A stretch of DNA of 63,151 bases, filler included, from Reclinomonas americana ATCC 50394 (lineage: Eukaryota): NCBI GenBank assembly GCA_048213135.1. It is 13 parts of 13 records of this genome, joined end to end, with 100 filler letters (N's around TTAATTAATTAA, not from the genome) between each part and the next. Parts side by side here need not be neighbours in the genome. Positions count along the whole stretch, not along the records: positions 27,009 to 30,235 come from AFZH01022331.1; positions 30,336 to 33,744 come from AFZH01022333.1; positions 33,845 to 35,934 come from AFZH01022334.1; positions 36,035 to 47,432 come from AFZH01022335.1; 9 more parts are not named here. The stretch is one strand, 5' to 3'. Below, one piece after another: positions 27,701 through 40,300 of the stretch (its first letter is position 1; each line of letters opens with the position of its first letter). The notes below the pieces were generated by a model, which had not been told where the DNA came from, searched no databases, and worked only from the letters and a program-made list of their open reading frames with translations. The position numbers and the translations under genes are program-made.

Positions 27701-28356
27701 GAGGCGGAGGCGGCTGCGGCGGCTGCGTTGGGTGACAAGTGGTGCTCGGGGATGTAGGAGCCGCTGGAGTGGGGGAAGAGGCGGGCGTAGACGTACCTGC
27801 AGAAGAAGGGGAGAAGAAGGGGAAGGGGTGAGGGGGAAAGGAGGGAGAAGGAGGGAGAAGGGTGAGGGAAGAGGGAGGAGAGGGGGACGGGCGGAAGAAG
27901 GGAGGGAGAAGGGAGGGAGAAGGGAGGGAAGTTGGGAGGGAGAGTGAGCGATTGGGCAACCTTCACTCGCTCTCAGCGATCAGGCGACAACTTGAGCACG
28001 TTTCTCAGCGATTCAGGCGCACCTTATCGCCCTCATAGTCTCTCTTATTACTCTCTCTCATACACACTCTCACTGTGATAACAAAGGTGTGTTTCTCATC
28101 GATTTAGGTGCGCCTCAGTCAAAGAGACAACTGCATCTCTCTCTCTGCGCGTGTGTGTGAGAGAGTGTGTGTGTGTGTCATCGATCAAGTTACAACTCAG
28201 ATCGCCCTTTGCATCGACTTGTTCTCTCTCACACACTCTCTTTCTCTCTCTCTTTCTCTCTCATGCACATTGAGAGCGATTAGGCTGCAACTTAGGCGCG
28301 TTTTTTCTCATTGATGAAGGCGCGCCTCAGTCACGGAGACAACTGCATCTCTCTCT

Positions 28357-28447
<91 letters not shown>

Positions 28448-28725
28448 TGTGAGAGAGAGAATGTATGATCGATCAAGTGACAACTCTGATCGCCTTGTTC
28501 TCACACACACGCTCTCTCACACACTCTCTCACTCTCTCTCTCTCTCTTTCTCACTCACTCACTGACAACTTCTCATGTCTTTCTCACTCACTGACAACTT
28601 CTAATCTCATACTCACCCCCTCTCTCTCTTTCCTTTCTTCTCTCTCTTTTCACTCACCATCCCCCTGCCAAAAAGAAGGCCAGCACGCTGAGACCGACGA
28701 CAATCGCGTCGCCAATGAACGACAT
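24753..28725 (-). CDS. GPR89: Golgi pH regulator / GPR89 (GTG/COLD1 family), spans a gap
   Basis: Exon 1 MSFIGDAIVVGLSVLAFFLAGGW|YVYARLF; SRVGVIGVTLLAVLSGFGAVNSP; VFNRIARIDPIT; WSQYLSFAFIGIL; MGMYFLSSVLLMRMSVP; FYHRWFDVIFLVSA; stop at 24753. Confidence 0.95.
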
Positions 28726-29112
28726 GTGTCAAAACAAAGAAACGTCGCGTGTGAGATGTCCTGTGCAGCGCGTCCTGTGCGCTCTTTTGTGTGAGAGAGA
28801 GTGAGAGGAAGAGTGTGTGAGAGAGAGAGAGAGAGGCAATGAGTGGACGCGATGATTGGATGTCGCGGTATGCGCATGACTTTGGAGTTGAGGAAGGTTG
28901 GTGCAATTTGTAAGTGAGACTTTGAGTGTCTCTCTCTCTGTCTCTGTCTCTCTGCGTCTGTGTCTGTGCGTGTAAGTGAGACTGTGAGTGTGTGTCTCTC
29001 TTTCTCTCTCTTCTCTTACCCTCTCCATTTCTCTCTCTTTCTCACTGTCTCTTTCTCTCTCACTGTCTCTCTCTCTCTTCTCTCTCTTTCTCTCTCTCTT
29101 TCTCTCTCTCTG

Positions 29113-29143
<31 letters not shown>

Positions 29144-30417
29144 GCGTCTTTGTCTATGTGTGTCTGTGTGGAAGGGATTTCATGTGCGATTCGCACTTTG
29201 ATGAGAAAGGCACTTTGATGGCGGGGTTCAACTGGACATGAAGAGATGCACACATGTGTGTTATGTGCTCAGTGTGTGTGTGTGTCTGTGAGCAATGCAG
29301 AGAGTGAGAGAGAGAGAGAAAGGCACTCTTTACTATTTGTGATTTCGCGCCCAACTTGTCTCTCTTTGTGTGTGTGTGTCACTGTCAGTGTGTGTTTATG
29401 TCCAGTGTGTGCGTGCTTGTGTGTGTGGGAGAGTGAGAGAGAGCGTGTGTGTGAGAGAGTGAGTGTGTGTGTGTGTGCACAACGGTCGATCGCCATGCTC
29501 GCAGACAACTCGCACGCTCTCACAGAGCTCTCTCTGTCTCTCTCTGTGTGTTAGTTGCTCGCTCTTTCTGTCTCTGTTGTGGCATTCGATGATGTGCGTT
29601 TTTTCGCACATGTGATTGTTGATTTACATAAGCTCATTCGCATGCATTTACTTTCTATCTCTCTCTCTCACTCGCCCTTTCCCATCCCTCCAACCTCTCT
29701 CTTTATGTCTCTCTCTCTCTAAGTCCACTTCCCCTTATACCCATCACACGCTGAATGCACTGTTCCTCGCCGTCTCACTGCTGCTCTCTTTCTAGCTCTT
29801 TCTTTCGCTCTGTTGCATGAGCATTTCTCTCTCTCTCTCTCTCCCTCCCTCCCTCCCTCCCTCCCTCCCTCCCTCCCTCCCTCCCTCCCTCTCTGTTTCT
29901 CTCTCTCTCCACTTCCTACCTTGGCTCGTTCCAATGGTGCTCTGCTGCTCTTCCTTTCTCTTCTCGCTCTCCCTCTCTGTCGATTTATCGCTTACTCGCG
30001 TGTCATTTCATTCATGCATTCATTCGCCGATCATTCTCTTGCATGCGTTCTCTTCCCGTTCATCGCTCTCGTGTTGTTGCTGCTGCCTCTCGCTCGCCGC
30101 CCGTTTTCTCTCTATTTTCCCTCCTCCCATCTCCTTCTCACTATTCCATCCCTTCAACTTCGTACGCCCTTCTCCCTTCTCCCCTTCTCCCCCTCTCCCT
30201 TCTCTCCCTCTCCCTTCCCCCTCTCACCCCTCCCCNNNNNNNNNNNNNNNNNNNNNNNNNNNNNNNNNNNNNNNNNNNNTTAATTAATTAANNNNNNNNN
30301 NNNNNNNNNNNNNNNNNNNNNNNNNNNNNNNNNNNGGGAGGGAGAGAGAGAGAACGCATCGCGTGTTACCTGCTTTTGCGACGAAAGTTGGATTACTTAC
30401 TTGTGTATTTGTCGCAG

Positions 30418-32766
30418 AGGGCCACCTGGAACTGTGGAGACCACGCTGTGCTGCATCGACTGGTCATTTGTGGGGCGACCTGAGTTGAACTTGTCCGGCA
30501 AGGGTGCGCTGCTGGTTCAAGAATGTGCCTTGATTGCGTATCGTTGCTCATTTGATTGTATCGCGGTGCAGTGTCATTGCCGCAGAGGATATTGCAAGAG
30601 TGCTGTTGCGTATCGTGGAGAGAGGGGGCACCGTTGTCATTCGATTGTGTCTTCACTGGTGTTAATATTTCGCACTCAAGTGCTTGTGATACGTCGTGCT
30701 CGTCTCTGTTTCATTGAGTTTATTTTGTTCTCTCTGTTCTCTTCTCCTCGTGTCTCATCTCTTCTCCTCTCATTTTCTATTCTCAGCTGACCTTTTCGCT
30801 GGCTGGAGGTGCTGTTTTGTCCTCAGCCATCCGGTATTCCTTTCACTATTATCGCCGTTTTCCCTTCCCCCTTCACCGTCTTCCTCCCGTTCTCTCCTCT
30901 GCCCATCACTTTCTTTCCCTGTTCCCCTCCTTCACCTCCGTCTTCTGCCGCCTTCTCATCTCCATTCTATCCCCCTTCCTTTCCTTCCACTCATCGTCCG
31001 CTTCCCCTTCTCCCTCCCTTTTCCCACTTTTACATTCCCTGCTCCCCTCCTGTTTTTCCTCCTTCACCTCCCGTTTTTACCCGCATTCCCTTTCCCCTTC
31101 ATTTCCTTCACTCATCTTCCGCCTCCCCTTCCCCCTTTCCTTCACCTATCCTTTTCCCTGTGCCCCCTGCCTCCCTTCTCTTCCCCTCACCTCCCTACGT
31201 GGCAGTGATGCGCGCCGTGCCCATGCCCTTCACCTTCCGCCTCGAGAACCCCATCACGGGCCTGGTGACTCACGCCAGTGCGCCCGAATTCGACGCCGAC
31301 GAGGGCCACGTTGTCCTGCCGCACTGGGTAACGTCACGGATCTCTCGCACATTTGTGAGCATCTCACTCACCGGTGTCACCCACGACACAGATCATGCAA
31401 AACCTGCGTCTGGACTACCAAGACCAGGTCAACATTCGCACTGTGGCGCCGCCACGCGGTGTCAAGGTCACCGTGCAGGGCCACTCGTCAGAGTACGCTC
31501 AACTTGGTGCCGAGTTTGAGAATGTGTTGCGTCTCTCAGTCGGTCTCGATGTCTGTCTGTCTCTCTCTCTCTCTCACACACGCACTGTCTCTCTCTCTCT
31601 CTCTTTGTCTTTGTCTGTTGTGATCTGCATCCGTCAGGCCGTCTCACTGTGTGAGTGGGTGTATCTTTAGTATGCGTGTACTCTTGTGTATCTGTCTCTG
31701 TACAACTCCATCTGCACCCCCCTTTCTGTCTCTCTGTCGCGTCGCTATTATTTCTCTCGCTCTCTCTCGGTCGGTCGGTCTGTGTGTGCGCGCTGTGTTT
31801 CTGTCTCGTATGCTCGAAAGAGAGTATGTGTATGCCTGTGTCATGCCTGTAAGTGTATGTGCATCTGCTTTCTTCGATCTCTCTCCCCAGTCTCCATCCT
31901 GTCGCTCTTTTCATCTAATCTCGTCTCACCCTTCCCCCTCTTAGCCCCTCTCTCCCCCTTTTTCCCCCCTTTCACCATCTCACCTTCCCCCTTCCTACCC
32001 TTTTTCCTCTCCCTTCCTTCCCCCTGTCTCCCCCTTCCCCCTTCCCTCTTCCCCATTCTCCCCCTTTCTCCCCTTTCTCCCCCCTTTCACCATCTCACCT
32101 TCCCCCCATTCCTCCTTCCCCCCTTTCCTCCTTCCCTTTTTCTCCCCCTTCCCCTCCTCTCCAGCTTCTGCCACCACATGAAGGACTTCCCCGTGCTGAC
32201 CACCGGCGACATTGTGTCGCTGGACGTGTTTGGCGAGCCCGTCGCCTTCACCATTCTGGAGGTGTACTCGGAGGAGGGCAAGTGCGAGGTCATCTCCACC
32301 CTCAACACGGATCTGACGTTGCAAATCATGCCGCCTCTTGACGTGGCGCCCGCACCAATGGCCGAGCAGCCGACAGAGACGCACTTTTTCGAGGAGACCA
32401 TGGCCGAGCCGGCGTTCCGCTCGAGTTCGGGCTTTGAGTACTTTTCGTCCATTGACGCCATTCTGCTGAATCAGCCGCCGGGCACGCCGACCACACCGGC
32501 CCCGGAGTCGGTGGATGGGCAGTTTATTGTTGCGTGATGCAACATGAGTGCTCTCTCGCAGAGTTGTGGTGGTTGACAGCTATTGCGGTTTGCAGTCGCT
32601 GCCACGTGGATTCCAAGCATTCACCGGGCAGGCCAGGACGCTGGGACGTAAGCCGGCACCGGGCGGTGGCGGTGGTGGTGGTGGTGGAAGTCCGAGTGGT
32701 TCGCGTGGTGCGGCGAGTGGGAGTGGGTCGTCTGCTGCCGCCCCGCCACCACATCGCTCGCCGTGA
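30418..32766 (+). CDS. UFD1-family p97/Cdc48 cofactor, divergent, 5' partial
   Basis: LNLSGK|VSLPQ, PFTFRLEN, THASAPEFDADEGHVVLPHW|IMQNLRL, FPVLTTGDIV, ISTLNTDL and SHP box FQAFTGQARTLG. Confidence 0.85.
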
Positions 32767-33929
32767 GAAAGGGAGGCGGGGTTGGTGTATGTAGAAAGCT
32801 GGATGGCGTGGTGATAGGAAGAGAAGGAGAATCGGCAATGTAGGCCTGTATGTAGAGACAAGCAGGGAGGGGGAAGGCGGTAAGGGGGAAGGGAAGGTGG
32901 GCACAGAAGAAGAAGATCGACTTCACGAGCAAAGCTGGGAGACGTTGAACTGGAGACAAGGTGTGACATGTGCACGAGTTTCAGGAGCACAATGACAGTG
33001 AATTTGCAGGGCGGGTGAAGGGAATGTAGACACTGAAGAGGATCGACTTTGCGGACAGAGAAGCAAGCTGTGGGAGAGGGAAGAGAGACAAAGTACGAAT
33101 AAGTGAGGGACTCATTATGTGCGGCGTTGTGCAGCATTGTAACAATCCGTGTAGCACGTGACAGTGCTCTCTCTCTCTCTTCCTTTTTTCCTCTTATAGC
33201 ACGTGACTCACACCATCCACAGCCGCCCTCCGCTAAGTCCTCCCCGTGAGAGCAAGTGGTACAATCGCGATGACGTCAGTCTCCTGCATTGCATTTGCTT
33301 TTGTGTAGGAGAGGAGAGGGAGTGTGGGCAAGCATGGCAGCATCGGCGAGAGCGAGAGAAGCAGGTTTGCTGTCTTTTCTGTCTGTTTGTGATGTGTGTT
33401 CTTCATGATGAGAGTTGTATGTGTGTTTGTGTAAAACATGTCGAAACATTGTCGATTGCTCTGTTCTCCTTGCTTTCTTGTGCTATGTATGTGCCCAACT
33501 TGCATGCGCATGCTTGTCTATGCGGCGCTTGTGTGTTCTTCATGATGAGTTGTGTGTGTGTGTGGTTTGTGTAAAATATGTCGCATGATAATCGATTGCT
33601 CTCTTCTTCTTGCTTTCTTGTGCGATGTGTGTGCCAATCTTGGATGAACGTGCTTGTCTATGCGGCACTTGTCTTTTCTTTTCTTCTAATATTTCAACTT
33701 TACACAACGCCAGCAGCTGATGATGATGATGCAATGGCGATCGCNNNNNNNNNNNNNNNNNNNNNNNNNNNNNNNNNNNNNNNNNNNNTTAATTAATTAA
33801 NNNNNNNNNNNNNNNNNNNNNNNNNNNNNNNNNNNNNNNNNNNNGGGATCAACGAGAGGGAGAGGGAGAAAAGCAGGGAGAGAGATCTAATGGCAGGCCC
33901 TCTTCGCACACTACGTGTGCTGCAGCATT

Positions 33930-35934
33930 CTTTGTGTCGCTCCGCTACGACGTGTATGGCTTGAAGCCTGTGCTGCACGGCCTGCTGCAGCCGAGCGTGA
34001 TGCCGCAATCGATCGTTGACGGCATCAAGGCGTTGCTCGATCAAGTCCAGAAAACAGGAGAGCCAACTGATGCTCAAGTCGCCAGGTGCGAAATGTGCAT
34101 GCCGCCAATGCAATGTTCAGCGTCTGTACTCATCGCTCCCTCGCTCGAACAGTGCCTATGCAGTGTGGCAAGTGGGTTGTAAGGCTGTCGAATGCGTCCA
34201 GAACACAGGCACTCGTTGCGTGATTGCAATACACAAACGCATTCAATATTCACACGCTCTGGCTGTTGTTGACGAGGGGGTGTGTGTGTGTTGGTGTGCA
34301 GTGTTTCGCACATCTGAAAAGATGGCCGAGCTGCGCCATTGGGGTCCCACAGTTGCGTTGACGCTGGGCCACGTGTTTGAGAACGACGATGCCGTGAGCA
34401 TGGACTATGGCTTGGCAATCAGCTGTTGCGTGTGTGCTGTAAGATGTCTCTCATACAATTAACCCACAACTGAAGTGTGCTTCTGGTTCCTTGCAGCGAC
34501 GCAAGCGGATCTCATGCTGGTGGCTCGGTCTCCGAATGGGTCGTCGGTGGCACCGTTCTTCTTTATCGAGTGCCAGGCTGGAGCAACGTATCGCAAAGAG
34601 TGAGTGTATGATATGGCAAGGGCCATAGCGAGAGGGGCAGAGAAGTGTGGTGGTGGTGGTGGTGGTGGTGGTGGTGGTGGTGGTGGTGGTGGTGGTGGTG
34701 GTGATGATGATGATGATGATGTGCTGACAAGTGTCCAGGCATCGAACAGTGACGATCATTGATGGCGATCTTGGCGAAGCCGTGCGAGACGCCAATGTTG
34801 ACTACTTTGCCAGTGACGCGTACAATCCCGAGGGCCTGCCGACAGTGGTTCCGGAGGCGGTGGAGAGTGACGCGAGCAGCGGCAGTGGCAGCGGCAGTGC
34901 GCCACGTCCCGTGGGTGTCGATCGCCAACATCTCCCGCTTCGTTCAGCCCTGTTGTGCACCCTGTCCCGCCACCCAGATATGCACAAGGCGATGCACGAG
35001 GCCTGCTGGAATTGGTGGACCCTGGCGGCTCACATGGACCGCGACAAGTGGCCGTCTTTGGTGACGGCGTTTGGCCTGACGACCGAGTGGTCGCTGTCGC
35101 TGTTTGTGGTGACGCATGGCTCGTCGTCGGTCGAGCCGTTGCGCGCCATGCCGCTGCATTGGTTGCCGTGCGGTTCCGAGGAGACGCAGGATGATCGAGT
35201 GGAGGAGATGAATCGTGCTCGAGCTGCCCTGCCGCAGCTGTGCATCTCGGTGGTTGGTACGTGGCATGTGATGCCGCCACCGACAATCGAACCAGATGAC
35301 CGCCAGTTGCCCACGGTGGAGTTGGATTTTTGTGGACACAGGGGTGAGGAGTGTGAGCAGTTGACGACGCGTGCTGCTGCAAGATCGTAATGATGACATG
35401 CTGATGATCGTGAATGCATGTGCACAGTGGGCGATCGCGACTCGTTGTTTGTGGCCCTCGTCAGTGTGGCGAGGATGTGCCGCGAGAGTGTAAGAGGCTT
35501 GCGAGACCAAGCGGATCAGAGACTGACGGACGCACTCGCGAACGAGGGAAGAGATTCCGAAAAAACGACAAGCAGCGACACGTCGGCTGGTGAGTGTGTG
35601 ACTGCAGGACTCGTGCGTGTTCATTAGCGTTTCACCGTGTGCTCCATGTACCTTCTCAGAGGGTCCCGAGTCTTTCGGAGGTGGCGTGTACGAGAAGACT
35701 TGTCAGTCGTGGCGCCACGCCTCATTCGAGATGCGCGTGTTGAAAGAGTTGCGGCATGCCGCCGACTCCCTCTCTACGGAGTCCGATCGCCAGGAGATTC
35801 TCAGCCGCCTGCCGACGCCGCTGGGTGTGGACAACAGAGTGCTGAAGCTGGTCGATTTGGCAAACGACCAAGTGCGCAATGTCGACGAGCTGCGAATGGT
35901 GGTGCGCGACGTGGCGATGGCGCTACAGCATGCT
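33930..35934 (+). CDS. Hypothetical multi-exon protein, partial at both ends
   Basis: Coding-like GT-AG-bounded exons at about 33930-34085, 34302-34424, 34498-34598, 34739-35343, 35428-35589 and 35660-35934; no recognised motif. Confidence 0.55.
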
Positions 35935-36332
35935 NNNNNNNNNNNNNNNNNNNNNNNNNNNNNNNNNNNNNNNNNNNNTTAATTAATTAANNNNNNNNNN
36001 NNNNNNNNNNNNNNNNNNNNNNNNNNNNNNNNNNAGCAGCCACTGAAGGTGGAAGTAAAGATTAGATTGATTGCCTCGTTGTCATCGTCAGTGAATCATC
36101 TAACGTCTGTGGCTTGCTCAGTAGCTCAGCACACGTCGATATATAACTATGCATTGATACCGGTATTAGTCTCGAAGTGAACTTCGCAGTCGCGGAAAGT
36201 GCGTGGACTGCAGACAACGATGTTTACGGCTCCCTTCCACAGTGCACACTCAATGGACTGGCGCACACCAGCACAGACAGATACAGGCATGCTTCCGTCG
36301 TCCCCTTGTCCTCCGCTCACGTCTTGTCACCA

Positions 36333-37090
36333 ATGAGTGCGCGCAAACACCGCAAGCTTCTCGCGAGCAGCAGCACCAAGAAGAAGAAGATACGACATCG
36401 CGAGCCACCTTCTGCCTCAGAACGTGATGACGACAGCGACTATGTGCCTGAAATGGAGGAGGGAGAAGACGAGGATGATGAGGAAGATGAACTTGCAGAT
36501 CTTGTGAAAGAAGAAGAAGAAGAAGGAGAAGAGGAGCAGCTTCCCGAACGCAGTCGTCGTCATCGTCGAGCTTCTGAGGGACTGGATGCGTCGGAGGAGA
36601 GCAGCAATGTTCTGTGCGCAATGGGAATGGTGGAGAGCGCGAGGCACTTGGTGCAGAAGCGGGAAAAGTATTCGGGCAAGAAGCGCGTCGTCGTGAATGA
36701 GGAGAATGTGGAGGAGGGCAAGGGAGGTGAGTGGAGACACACACTCTCTTTGCATTTTTTCATTGCTCCTCGTGTACCTCTCTCTCCCTATCACTCTCCC
36801 TGTCTCTTTCTGTCTCTCTGTCTCTGTCTTCCTGCTCTCTCAGCAGCTGGTTTCGTTATGGCAAGCCTCGCAAATCTTGTCTCTCTCTCTCTGTCTCTCT
36901 GTCTCTCTCTTCATGCACTCAGCAGCTTGTATCGTTTCGGCAAGACCTGCAAGTCTTGTCTCTCTGTGTGTCTGCATCTTTTCATTGCTCCTCGTGTGCC
37001 TCTCTCTCCCTATCTCTCTCTCTCTATCTCTCTGTCTCTCTTCCTGCTCTCTCAGCGGCTTGTTTCGTTATCTCAAGCTTCGCAAGTCTT

Positions 37091-37127
<37 letters not shown>

Positions 37128-37327
37128 TGCATCTTTTCATTGCTCCTCGTGTGCCTCTCTTCTTGCGTTGTCTTGTGCTTGCCTCTCTCTCCCTATCTCT
37201 CTCTCTCTCTCTGTCTCTCTGTCTCTCTCTCTTCATGCACTCAGCAGCTTGTTTCGTTATGGCAAGACCTGCAAGTCTTGTCTCTCTTTCTCCCTCTCTC
37301 TCTCTGCATCTTTCATTGCTCCTCGTG

Positions 37328-37364
<37 letters not shown>

Positions 37365-40300
37365 TCCTGCTCTCAGCAGCTTGTTTCGTAATGGCAAGAC
37401 TTGCAAGTCTTGTCTCTCTCCGCATGTTTTCGTTGCTCCTCGTGTGCCTCTTCCTTTCCGTTGCGCCTTCTTCTCCTTCACCTGTTCCTTCCCCTTATTC
37501 CTTCCCCCTCTTCCTCCCCCTTTCCCCTTCTCCTTCTACCCACTCTCACCCTCCCCTTCCAGAGTACTCTTACTGCCCGATCGAACGCGAGCCTCCCGAC
37601 GACATCTCCGCCACGTGGAACAAGGCATCGCGGTGGAATGTCTTAGAGAAACTCGTCCGCACCTCATGGAGACGGTGCGCTGCTTTTTTTTTCTTGCCCT
37701 CTAGAAGGGGGAAGGGGGCGGAAATTGGAACATCCTTTTCCTCTTCCTTCTCCCTTCGCCATTCCCTTCTATGTTCCCCCTTCTCAAGCGCTCGTTCTCA
37801 AATACTGACATGCAGTGATGTCGACGCTCCGAATCCGAACTTGTTGCCGATTGAGACGGCGCCGTGCAGCTCCACCAACGCCGACGTGCAGGCGGCGTAT
37901 GCAGAACTGCGCGAGATGATTGCGGCGCTGGTGGAGGAACAGCTCTACGCTTCGTCGCTCCCATTGTTGTCCGATTCCATGCCGCCGGATGAGCACGATT
38001 TCGCGGAGGTAGAGAACGCGGCGGCGATGGAGCTCCTCGCTGTTCTCACTTCGTCCCTGCGGCGATTCGAACGCGATGAGCGGTACGTGCGTCCGAGAGC
38101 TTTGTTGCGTGTTCGAGTGCTGTTCACACCCTTGCGCAGCGACGCCACCCTCGTCTCCTCCATCACCGATCGCTGTCTGCGGACGTGTGACGGTGCCGTG
38201 CGTGCCTCGCTGCACCTGCTTGTCCGTCAGTGGTGCGGTGCTGTTGATGCGCGACTGGAGTGTGCGTGGTTGCTATTGCACTCACTGCGGGGTTTTTTTC
38301 GCGTTCTCGACAGGGAGTCGAAAAGGAAGTTGAACAACCCCAGGCGGCCACATGTACCTCTTGCCGCGGCGTGTTTGCAGCCGAATGTGCCGGGGAAGTT
38401 GCGCGAGAAGAAAGGGGAAGGGAAGGGGGGAGAAGGGAAGGGAAAGGGGAATGAGAAGGATATGAGACTGACTTGGAAGAGGGGAGACCGAGAAAGGTTG
38501 AGGGCGAGAATAAGTGAAGAAATGGCGAGGAAATTGAGAAAGTTCAACAGAGATATTGAGTAAGAGACCAGGAGGGGAAAGTAATAGAGGCAACAAGTAG
38601 GCATTAATCGCGAAGAGACTGACGCGTGGGAGAAAGCGAGTGAGGCGGGAAAGGGAAGCCTGAGAACAAGGAGAAGTAAAGAAAGACGAGAAAAGAGGAG
38701 AAGACGCGCAAGGGCGAAAGGGAAAAGAATAGGAAGACCGGAGGGGATATGAGCCAACAAGTTGGCGTGCAGGGTGCAGAGTTTATGAGACTTGACGCGC
38801 GGGAGAAAGAGAGAACAAAGATGTGGGGCGGAACAGGAAGAGCGAGGATGAGGAGAAGCGAGGAAGACGAGAAGCAGAACAGGGCGAGGGAAGGGAATCA
38901 GAGACAACAACTGGAGTAGTGAGGAGACAGGAAGGACAGCAGAAAGATATGGGTAAGAATTGCACGGGAAGGCGGAGAGCGTGAAACATGTGGGAGGTGA
39001 GAAGGCAGATACGCATTGGCGCGGAATGGAGGAATTGGAAGGAAGCGATAAAACATGATAGTTGGCAAGCAGGGTGTAGAGTTGTCACGCCAACATGTTG
39101 GATGAACAGCACATGAAACATGTTGTTTGTATTTCCCCAATCCTATTTCCCCTATTCCTTTCTCCTCCCTCTTTCAGCTCCTCACTCCCTACCATCTCAA
39201 TGCTGTTCCTCGTTCCCCTCGTTCCTCCTTTCCTTCTTCTCTCTCTTCTCCTCACTCTTCCCATTTTTCACTGCCCTCCTTTCCTCCCATTTCCTTCCAG
39301 TTCCCTCCTTCCTCCTCTCGCTCCTCTCTCCTCTCGCTGCTTCGCTTCGCTGACTTTGCATGCCTGCCAGGGTCATCCAACGCGTTCACAAATCCATGGC
39401 CGACCTCTTCTCTGAAAAGACGCCCCAGGTGAGTTGTACACGCCAGAGTACTTTATGCTGCAATGCAGTCGTGATCTTACTGGTGCGAGTGCCCTGTGTT
39501 GCCGATTGAAGAAGCAGACGCCGAAGAAGAGTGCGGTGAGCTGCGTTTTGTAATGCGCCGTAAACGAGTTTTTAGTGTCTCACTCTGACGACAGCCTGTG
39601 GAGCCTGAGGAGGAAGAGGCGGATGAGGTTTGTCGCGTTGCGGGCAAGTCTCGTGGCACACGCATCCACAGCTCACCCGTTATTCGCAGTCGAGCGAAGA
39701 GGAGAGAGGCGAAGACGACAAAGAGCACCGCGAGGCAGTTGCGCTCGCAGACTGCTGCGTGCTGTCCTTTCTTTCCTCACAGCTCCGCACAGGAGGACAC
39801 GGACGAATCACAGGAGATTGTCGCCAAGGTTACGTGCGCGCCCCGCTCTCCTTTCTCCCTTGCCGTGCTCAATTCATCTCTGTCTGCTGCAGCCTGCGCG
39901 ACGCGCCAAGAGAGATTCAGTTACGCAACTTGGAAGCAACCGGCCACGCATTTTGTGTTGACTCATGTTCGGCGTGCAGCGGGCGCGGTCGAAGGGCGAT
40001 GTCATTGTCGAGTCGGTGGGTGCACGAGTTTCTGAGATCGATTGCCTGCAGCCTCTAACATGTGCTTTATCGCAGCTGGAGGTGATGGACAGTCCGCGAT
40101 CGTCACAGGTACTCGCAGTACGCCGCGAAGCGACTGATAGGAGATGGGATTTGTGAGGAGGATGAAGAGGAGAAGAGGATGAAGAGGAGAAGAGTGATCT
40201 CTCTGTGAAAGAGAAATGAGAAACTCTCTCTCTCTCTCTGGAAGAGAAAAGCGAAACTCTCTCACTCTCTCTCTCTCTGAAAGAGAAAAGAGACACACAC

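Noticed and set aside
34563..34931. Poly-His ORF on the minus strand
   Set aside because: Antisense reading of an intronic (GGT)n(GAT)n microsatellite
36697..38563. Long L/S/C/V-rich ORFs in the track (also 48-804, 23816-24416, 30696-31623)
   Set aside because: Stop-free read-through of CT/GT microsatellite introns
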